A DNA stretch of 64,000 bases, taken from contig OX597837.1 in NCBI GenBank assembly GCA_951406725.2, positions 46,190,001 through 46,254,000 on the forward strand, in the 5' to 3' direction. This DNA is from Octopus vulgaris (Eukaryota). Each line of letters opens with the position of its first letter. Within the stretch, counting starts at the first letter, position 1. Of the stretch, positions 23,901-34,600 are shown piece by piece. Both the position numbers and the translations under genes were made by a program. The notes under the pieces were generated by a model. It was not told where the DNA came from. It did no database searches and saw only the letters and a list, made by a program, of their open reading frames with translations.

Positions 23901-26900
23901 TCAGTGTTGGGTTAATTTAGGTCTCCATAACTTAGCAGTTTAGCAAAGAAACTTACAGAATAAGTGTTAGGTTTTAAAAATATTAGTAGTGGGGTTGATT
24001 TGTTTTAAGACCTTTCAAGGTAATGCCCCATCATGACAGCATGGCTTGCAGTCCAGTGACTGAAACAAATGATAAAAGATTATATATATCATCATCACCA
24101 TCATCTTTGTTTAATGTCCATCTTCCATGCATGCATGGGGAGGACAGTTGACATGAGCCAGCCAGGGAGAAAATCTACCCAAGGCTACTGTGTCTGTTTT
24201 GACAGGGATGCCCTTCCTAACACCAACCACTCTGCAGGTTACATATTGAACAGGGCCATTTGCCAGCTGGAATAAGAGTTATCTCCTATCTCGCTAACAA
24301 CAACTTTAGTCTAAGCCAAGTTAACTTTAAGGCCCTTTGCTTCCAAACCCAGAACTTCTCCAATTGTGTTTCAGATTCTGCAATAAGAGCAAGATCATCA
24401 GCATATAGCAGTTCCCATGGGCATCCAGTTTTGAATTCCTCTGTTATGGCCTGGAGAACTATGATGAATAAGAGTGGACTAAGAACTGATCTCTGGTGTA
24501 CTCCAGCTTGTACGTTAAATTCATCACTGTATTCAAGGCCAATTCTCACCTTACTGACAGCATTGCTGTACATGGTTTGAACCTCTCTAACAAGCCACTC
24601 CTCTACTCCTAGCTTCCTTAGGGACCACAAAGTAAGAGAGCAGGGAACCCTGTTGAAAGCTTTCTCCAGGTCAATGAAGGCTAAGTACAATGGCTTACTT
24701 TTGGTCAAATACTTTTCTTGCAACTATCTCACTATGAAGATAGCATCTGTAGTACTTCTCTCAAGAACAAAACCAAACTGCATCTCAACTAATTTAATTC
24801 TATCCTTAATTAGTTGAGTTATAACTATCTCTGTAATTTTCATGACCTGATCCAGCAGTTTGATACCACTGTAGTTACTTCTATCTAAGGCATCACCTTT
24901 ACCCTTTATACATACCCAGAATTAAACTTATATGCTAATACACACACACATATATATATAGGGCAATTGGGCTAAGTTTGACAGTTTGCATAAAAAGAAA
25001 ACAAAACAATATCTCATCTCAAAATAAAAGTATTTAAGAAAACTAGATGATGGCTGGAAGATAACAGTTTACTCAAAGTAGCCACTCTCAGCTTCCACCA
25101 CGACCTCAAGACAGACCCAGAACCTGGCACATGCATTTCTCATTATGTCCCTGGAAATATCTTGATATTGGTCACCAGCTCAGCCTGGATGTTAAACAAC
25201 AACCTGCTTCTCTTTTTCTATTAAATCCTATTAAGTCTTGGGTAAAATACTTGAGCTGCCCTTCTTCCTCTTAGTCATATAATAATAATCATTTTCTGCT
25301 ACTGAAACAGCAGTTGGTATCTTTCTCAACTGTGCCCCACACATAATCCATGGGATTGCAATCAGGGGAATTAGCAGCCCAGAAATTGAGGATAGTGAAG
25401 TTGTAGAAATTCTCTGACAATCACTTCTGAATCTTAAATACAGTATGGCTAGGAACCGAATCCTGCTGCCACACATATGGCCTTCCAGAAGCAACCCTCC
25501 CTAGTCAGGGTTTGACCAGTCTCCAGCAGCTTGAAATAGCTGTCTGCATTGAGCCTAAGGCCCTGTTCAAAGATGTGGAACACTGTATCGTCACCCTGGC
25601 TGGAGACACATCCAAAGTTTAGGTGAACTTGGTTTTCATGATGACCATGTCAAGTCATACAGCCTCTACAGTGTTCACACATACATATAGGATGAGCTTC
25701 TTTCAGTTTCTGCCTACCAAATCCACTTACAAGGCTTTGGTTGGCCCAGAGCTATAGCAGAAGACACTTGCCCAAGTGCCATGCAGTAGGATTGAATCCA
25801 GAACCATGTGGTTGGAAGTAAACTTCCTAAAATAAAAAGGAAATTTCCTACATAAAAAAAGGTGAAAACTCACAGGTATCTTGCTGGTTGACTTGCAGCT
25901 CAAAACTGGAGTTGACATCAAACATTTCCGTTTTATGTTGGAACTAGAAGAGTTTTCTGTGGCAGTACTCTTGAAATAAAAATTGATGTTTAGCATGTTA
26001 ATAGATGGAGTGAAACAAGGCAAGATTGTTACTACGTATCCCCAGGTCAGTTCTAATCCAGCAAACCTTAGACTAAATTAAAGGCATTCCGGAAATGACC
26101 AGTCCTCTTAGGCAATGACTCAAGCAAATTTTACTGTGAATTTGTTGTTATAGGTAGATTTTACTGTAATATATAACTAATTTTTGCATTATTCTATTTA
26201 TTGTATTAACTAATTATGTACTACTATTATTTTTTATAACCTACTTCAAATTTCTAATTATTAATTAAAATTTTTTTAAAAATGAATTTTTTTAAAGTGC
26301 AAAAAATATTTTGAGTTATTTTAAATTTTTTAATAGAAGTAATGGCCCTGCTCGATCTGTAGAAAAGGCGTAGGTAGAAACCTCTGTAAGATGTACCCAG
26401 TGTAAGCTATGGACACATAAGAGGTGCAGCAATATCAAAGGAAGGCTAACTGGGAAGATAGTTTTTGTATGTGGCAGATGCTCAGGAGCAATAAACACTG
26501 AAAATGTGCAGAGAACAACTTCTGCCACATTCCAGAGAGAAAAACTAGAAGTAGTTGATAACTTCCGTTACCTAGGTGACCAAGTCAGTAGCAGGGGTCG
26601 GTGCACTGAAGGTGTAGCTGCAAGAATAAGAATAGCCTGGGCAAAGTTCAGTGAGCTCTTACCTCTGCTGGTGACAAAGGGCCTCTTGCTCAGAGTAAAA
26701 TGTAGACTATGATGCATTTGTATGAATAGCCACGCTACATGGAAGTGAAACATGGGCCGTGACTGCTGAGGACATGCGTAAGCTCACAAGGAATGAAGCC
26801 AGTATGATCCAATGGATGTGTAATGTCAGTGTGCTTACTCGACAGAGTGTTAGTACCTTGAGAGAAAAGTTGGACTTAAGAAGCATCAGATGTGGTGTGC

Positions 26901-27820
26901 AAGAGAGACAACTGCGCTGGTATGGTCATGTGGCAAGAATGGATGAGAATAGCTGTGTGAAAAAGTGCCACACCCTAGCAGTTGAGGGAACCTGTGGAAG
27001 AAGTTGACCCAGGAAGACCTGAGATGAGGTGGTGAAGCATGACCTTTGAACATTAGGCCTCCCCGAGGTAATGACTAGTGACTGAGACCTTTGGAAATAT
27101 GCTGTGCTTGAAAAGACTTGGCAAGCCAAGTGAGACCATAACCCGTGGCCTATACCAGGGGTGTAACCAGCCCACTTATGCGTACCTTTCCTTCAGATTG
27201 GAGCCTGGTGCAGCCATCTGGTTTGCTAGTCCTCAGTCAAACTGTCTAACCCATGCCAGCATGGAAAGCTGATGTTAAACGATGATGATGATGAACTTGT
27301 AATGAAATTTTTAGTGTTAATAAAAGCTAATATTTTCTAAATCTAAATATTTTATTTAAAATTTTATCCTTAGCTGCAATATTCCAAGTAAAAAATTTTC
27401 TTGTTCTGTACTTTACCGGGTTTATAATCTTAAGAATATTTCTCTTGCTTGCATTTTACCATCTAATATATATTTAGTAAGATAATAAATCACATGGTAT
27501 ACAGTATACACCTGGCAGTTTGCTGGCTCTTTGTTTGGTGGGTATGAGAGAGACTGAAGATGGAATATACAAGAATCTTTATTGATCACTACAATCATTT
27601 CGACCCATCTAACATTGATTCCTCATGGGTGGGATACTGCACAAATGGTTTAGGCTGTCTCCTCAGTGATTTCAAAGTAAATTCTGTTTCACATGACTTA
27701 TTACTGCATGTTTACGTCTTGAGCCCCATAGATAGAAAATGGCAAATTGACGGATACTGTTTCATTCTTTAGATCAATGACAAAGATCAGATGCAAAAAG
27801 AAACAAATATACAATAATAC

Positions 27821-27868
<48 letters not shown>

Positions 27869-28600
27869 ATTATAAATTAGGGTATCTACGAGATACCACC
27901 ATGCTGAAAATAGCAGCCATGATCTCACTCTAAAACCACCTTAATTGTCCATATTAAGGTGGTTTTAGAGTGAGATCATGGCTGCTATTTTCAGCATGGT
28001 GGTATCTCGTAGATACCCTAATTTATAATTTTAATAATTATTACCTTTGAAGGTTATTTTTTCTATGCTGACCACTTGATAAAATCGTTATTTTATTTTT
28101 AAATTAGCGATTTTATCCTTATTTATATATATATATATATATGAATTAATCAGCCGAAATTTGCTATGATGATCCGGTTTCTGACTGAAGATTAAAGGCT
28201 TCGAATGACCCGTCTGTTTTCTGTGTTCGTCCCTTTATATATAATTTTTATACCTATATATATATATATATATATATATTGTTGGCATCCTTTTTGTCTC
28301 GGGAGACAATGGAGTTGCACATAAAATGCACAATATATATATATATACATATATATATACACATATATATATACACACATATATACATATATATATATAC
28401 ACATATATATATATATATACACATATATATATATATACACATATATACACATATATATATATACACATATATATATACACATATATATACACACATATAT
28501 ATACACACATATATATATACACATATATATACACACATATATATACACACATATATATACACACATATATATACACACATATATATACACACATATATAT

Positions 28601-28639
<39 letters not shown>

Positions 28640-31600
28640 ATAAAACAAAACAAAAACTATCAATTTGCCATTTCTATCTATGAAGCCCAAAAAGTAAACA
28701 TGCAGTAATAAGTTGTGCAAAAGAGAATTTATTTTAATGAAATACCTCTTGAAATCGCCCGAGGAGACATCTACACAAAAAGATAACCTAAACCAGTTGT
28801 GCTGTAACAATACTAGATGGGTTGAAAAGATTGTGGTTATCAATAAAGATTCTCGTATATTCCATCTTCTGTCTCTCTCATGTGTGTGTGTGTGTGTGTG
28901 TAATTATATACAATTTCTGTCTAAATCTACTCACCCCAGAGCTATAGTAGAAGATACTTGCACAAGGTGCTGTGCTATGGGTCTGAACCCAAAACCACAT
29001 GAGTGGGAAGTAAACTTAACCTCAGGGCCACACCTGTGACTAGAGCAAAAAAAAAAGAAAAAAAAAACTTACGGTTGTGGAGTCATTTGCAGGTTTCTTT
29101 AGGACTCTGCTGTGAGGAAGTTGCAAACTTGATTTAGTTTTCTTGACTACACCACTGGACTTTTCTTGGAATTTTACCATCCCATTCTCATCTTTGGGAA
29201 TGTTTAAAGACTTGTTAAATGACATGTCTGGTTTTCTCACAAGGTATGACGGTTTAGAAGGAACAGCTTGGGTTAACTTAGAGGTAACATTATTTTCCAA
29301 AACAAGACTCTTTTGATCACTTTTGGTTTTTGTATCTACTTTGGAATATCTTAAACTTTGCCTAGAGGAATCCAAGGGTCTTTTCCTTGAAGTAGTTGTT
29401 GGAACAGTTCTCACAGGATTTTTCCCTGGGTTATTTGTGCTTTTAGATATAGATTTGTCATGCAAGTTCTGTTGATCAGATATGCTATTACCCTTTATCT
29501 TAGTAGAGGATTTACTTGTTGAGACCCTGGTCATGGGACCCATCATATTTGCTGCTTGGGAAGATTTTCGTATATTTGATTTCCTTCCTTTAGTCAAGGG
29601 CTCACTTGAAATTGTTTCATTACCTCCAAGTGTAATTGACTTGCTTGGCAATGAGTGTTCACTTTTTACTGTGAATGAAGTATTTAACACTGGTGTTTTA
29701 TTTTTAATAGTGAATGACTTGTTTAACAGTGGCTTCTGACTTTTAATAGTAGGTGACACATTTAATGGTGGTATCTGGTTTTTAACAGCAGACGACTCAT
29801 TTAATGGTAGTGTCTGGCTTTTAACAGTAAACGACTCATTTAATGGTAGTGTCTGGTTTTTAAAAGCAGATGACTCATTTAATGGTAGTGTCTGGTTTTT
29901 AACAGTAAACGACTCATTTAATGGTAGTGTCTGGTTTTTAAAAGCAGACGACTCATTTAATGGTAGTGTCTGGTTTTTAACAGTAAACGACTCATTTAAT
30001 GGTAGTGTCTGGTTTTTAACAGTAAACGACTCATTTAATGGTAGTGTCTGGTTTTTAACAGTAAACGACTCATTTAATGGTGGTGTCTGGTTTTTAACAG
30101 TAAACGACTTATTTAATGGTGGTGTCTGGTTTTTAACAGAAAGCGACTCATTTAATGGTGGTGTCTGGTTTTTAACAGAACGCAGGCGACTCATTTAATG
30201 GTAGTGTCTGGTTTTTAACAGTAAACGACTCATTTAATGGTAGTGTCTGGTTTTAACAGACTCATTTAATGGTAGTGTCTGGTTTTTAACAGTAAACGAC
30301 TCATTTAATGGTAGTGTCTGGTTTTTAACAGTAAACGACTCATTTAATGGTAGTGTCTGGTTTTTAACAGTAAACGACTCATTTAATGGTGGTGTCTGGT
30401 TTTTAACAGCAGACGACTCATTTAATGGTGGTGTCTGGTTTTTAACAGCAGACGACTCATTTAATGGTAGTGTCTGGTTTTTAACAGTAAACGACTCATT
30501 TAATCGTGGCATCTGGTTTCTAACAGTAAACGACTTATTTAATGGTGGTGTCATGTTTTTAACAGTAAACGACTCATTTAGTTGTGGTTTCTCACAGTCA
30601 ACAGTGAATGGTCTGGGCAAAGAAGTTTTTGTATTTTTCAGTAAATCTGAATCTTCAAGCTTTTTCAAGAAGCTCTCATCTCTGTCCACTGTGAACGACA
30701 CATTTAGGATGCTGTTGCGAGAGCGTTTAACTTCATCAACTGGTGTACTGGAACTCATTTTTGTAAAACTCTCGGGAGTACGCGGTTCTTTTACTTTAAC
30801 AGGAGTTCTTTTATTGACAGATCTTCCCTGATTCAAATGCCGAGATTTATGCCTGGTTGTTTTAATAGAATTTTCAAGGTCAGCTTCATTTAGTTTAAAA
30901 TCAAAAGGAACTGCGTCCTTGGCTGTGGGACTATTCATATACAGACCCTCACAGGTTTCATTTATAAGCAATGGAACATCCTTACCGGGTGACATGAAAG
31001 CATTAAAGCAGCGGATTTTTTTAGGAGAAGGTTCTACGTCATCAAAGTTCAAACACACCGGTTTCACTAAACCTAGATGTTCATCACATGAGCTATTCAT
31101 TTTGAAAATGGAAGAATCCAAGACATTTTCATCGAATTTACTATTACTATAAATCAAGACTGAAGATTTATTCAATCTTGTATTACTGTAGTTTGTAATG
31201 TCCAGAAGAGGTGATTGTTTAATTGAGTTTTCATTCAAGGACTGCAGCTTTCGTTTTAACCCGGTGCTCTGTGACAAACTAGGTGTATCAATGGAAGGGA
31301 CCTTGGTAAGGGGGCTATTACAGTTCCCCTGATTCTCACGGATTGCAGCAACCACTTTGTATGCTTCTTTCTCCATCTCTTTCCATTGTTCAGATGTAAG
31401 TTCAGGCAGGGGCTCAGCATTGCACATGCTATCTATTTCATGTGCTACACACTTCTCTGTAAACCCAACATCTCCAAAGAATATTTCTTCATCACTGAAA
31501 AACACAAGACATTTTTTTTTAAATGTTATGAATATTCATGTTTAGTTAGATTTAAATATTTTTACTTTTGAGTGTGAGTGAGTGTGTGTGTGTGTGTGAT

Positions 31601-34600
31601 CATCATCATCCTCTGACATCTGTTTACCATGCTGGTATGGGTTGGATGGTTTGGCCAGAGCTGGCAAGCTGCACCAGACTCCAGTCTAATCTGGCATGGT
31701 TTCTACAGCTGGATGCCCTTTCTAATGCCAACCAATTTTACACGCCACCAGCATGGGTTCCAGTTACGTAACACCGGCATCAACCACCTTGCCTCCGTGA
31801 AGCCCAAAGCTCGGATGGTGCTTTTTATGTGCCACTGGGATGAGTGCCATTTACGTGACACTGGCATTGGCAACATTGCCTCCATGAGGCCCAACACTCG
31901 AATGATGCCTTTTACATACCACCAGCACAGGTGACAGTTACATGGCACCAGCATCGGCCATGACTACAATTTCACTTGGCTTGATGGGTCTTCTCAAGCA
32001 TGGCACATTGCCAAAGGTCTCGGTCACTAGTCATTGCCTCCGTGAGGCCAATGTTCGAAGATCATACTTCACCACCTCATCCCATGTCTTCCTCATACTT
32101 CCAACCAAAGTACAAATATATGGGAAATTACCACTTGTATCATCTCTTGTGAAAGGTAGAAGAGTCCAGTTTGGTGGACATTGTTGTAGAGCTGAAGACA
32201 AGGTAATTTCTACTCTTCTCCTCTGGAAGCCATCTGCTTGCGATACCAGAGGGCGCATGCTCTCCTACCCTGATGTAATCTCCAGGGATACAGACATCCA
32301 GCAACAGGACCTCTGTAATGCTATGATGGACTGTGAAGTCTGGCGTAGCATGGTAAATTCCATTGTCTCGACCACGGTCGAACAATGATGAATGATGACC
32401 ACAGGTTCTCTCCACAGTTAGAGATTGGCACTTCTTTACACAGTTGTCCTCATCCATACGCATCACATGACTATATCGGCACAGTCATCTCTCTTGCACA
32501 CTACACCTGATGCCTCTTACACCTAACGTTTCTCTTAAGACACTTACACTCTGTCGCACATGCACACTGACATCATACATCTAACGAAGCATACGAGCTT
32601 CATTTCTTTTGAGCTTGTGCATGTCCTCAGCGGTCACAGTCCATGTTTCACTGCCATGTAGCACAGCTGTTCACACACAAGCACCATACAGTCTGCCTGT
32701 CACTCTGAGGGAGAGGCTCTTTGTTATTAACAGGGGTAGGAGCTCTGTAAACTTTGTCCAGCCTATTCTTATTCTTGCAGCTACACTCTCAGAGGATCCA
32801 CTGCTACTGACTTGGTCACCTAAATAATGGAAGTTGTCAACAACTACTAGCTTACCTCACAGGTAGTCAATGCGGTCTATTTTCTGTACATATTCAGTGT
32901 TTATTGTACCTGTGCACCTCCACACAAAAACTATTTTCCCAGTTAATCTCCCCATGATATTGCTGCACCTCTGATGTATCAAAAGCTTGCACTGGTTACA
33001 TTTTATGGAGTTTTCACCTATGCCTTTCCTACATATCGAGCAGGGCCATCTACCTGAAGAGATTTATGATTTGTCTGCTTTCCTACTTACTAAGACTTTG
33101 ATTTTTTTGCTAGGTTAACTCTAAGGCCCTTTGATTCCAGACCTTGTTTTTTTTTAATGGATAATTTACTATGATGCCAGTGCCGCCTTGACTGGCTTCC
33201 ATGCAGGTGGCACGTAAAATGCACCAATCCGACCGTGGCCGATGCCAGCCTCGCCTGGCACCAGTGCAGGTGGCACGTAAAAAGCACCCACTACACTCAC
33301 AGAGTGGTTGGCGTTAGGAAGGGCATCCAGCTGTAGAAACATTGCCAGATAAGACCGGAGCCTGGTGCAGCCTCCTGGCTTCCCAGATCCCCGGTCGAAC
33401 CGTCCAACCCATGCTAGCATGGAGAACGGACGTTAAACGATGATGATGATGATGATGATATATATGTTGATTTTATCAGTCGGCACCTCTTTTGTTAATC
33501 CCTATATCCACCCCTATGTGCCTCTTACCTCTGTCACTGTGCATCATCTTCTGTGTCTCTCATAGTTCACCTTGTATCCCCACTTCCTACCCACTCAGCT
33601 ACTTTTCTTTCGCCAGTCAACCAGCCAAAGACAGTAGCTAATTTCAACTAAGTTAAGAAGCAGGGTTCAATATATTGTAAAAGTTACTGAGATTACATCA
33701 ACTCAATAGTACTCACCCAGCAGCTAACCATTTAAAGACACTTGGTAAATTACAAATAATAAGTGTAATAAATTAGACTCACCCATCAGATTCAATATCA
33801 AAGTCAAACACCTCCTCATCAATTGGGACAATGTCTGGAACAGAGAGAGAGAGGAAAGAGATATTACACAAGCATGAGTATACATTATCATTCTTATTTG
33901 CATTCCCTTATTTTGGAGCTGAAAAAAATTACACAAGTCAAGTAATAGGGTCAGCAATACTAACAAACTCCTCTCGTTGAAACTGCTGCTCTTGTGCCTA
34001 AGAGACTATTATGAGCTGGCAGAGTCATTACCTCACCAAACAAAATGCTTAGAGGTGTTGCATCTGGCTCCTTATTTTCTGAGTTCAAATTCTGCCAGAA
34101 GTTGATAAAATGAGTATCAGTCAGTCGAGCACTGTGGATGATGTCGTTGACTTACCCCCTCCCCTGAAATTCCTGGCCTTGTGCCAAAATCTGAAACCAA
34201 TAGTCTACAGTGATAAGGCAGCAAGTTGGTAGAATCATTAGCATGTTAGTGGCATTTCATCTGTCTTTATGTTCCAAGTTCTAATTCCACTGGGGCCGAC
34301 TTTGACTTTCATCCTTTTGGGGTCAATAAAATAAGTACGAGTTGAGCACTGGGGTTAATGTAATCAACTTAGCCCCTCCACCAAAACTGCTGGCCTTGTA
34401 CCAAAATTTGAAATTATCATTACACTGGTTAATATATTTTCTGGCACAAGGTTTATCAATGGTTTTTAGCTAAATTTTGAGGTGCTGAATCAAAATCTAG
34501 CACCAGATTTTTCTATCACATCAGATTTTTGAGATATAAAATCTTTTAGTTTTGCTAGAAACAATTATTTAATGCTCATAGGCACAGGAGTGGCCCTGTG

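Noticed and set aside
28192-28843. Overlapping 100-200 aa Y/I/C/V ORFs
   Set aside because: Translations of (TA)n/(CA)n microsatellite.
30195-30236. Rescue of the two TAA stops by A-to-I editing or a micro-intron
   Set aside because: It would need both adenosines edited at two codons or use very poor splice sites; assembly error is simpler.
29649-30581. CRISPR-like array
   Set aside because: Contiguous 39-bp units without unique spacers, in frame within a eukaryotic exon, and no cas genes.
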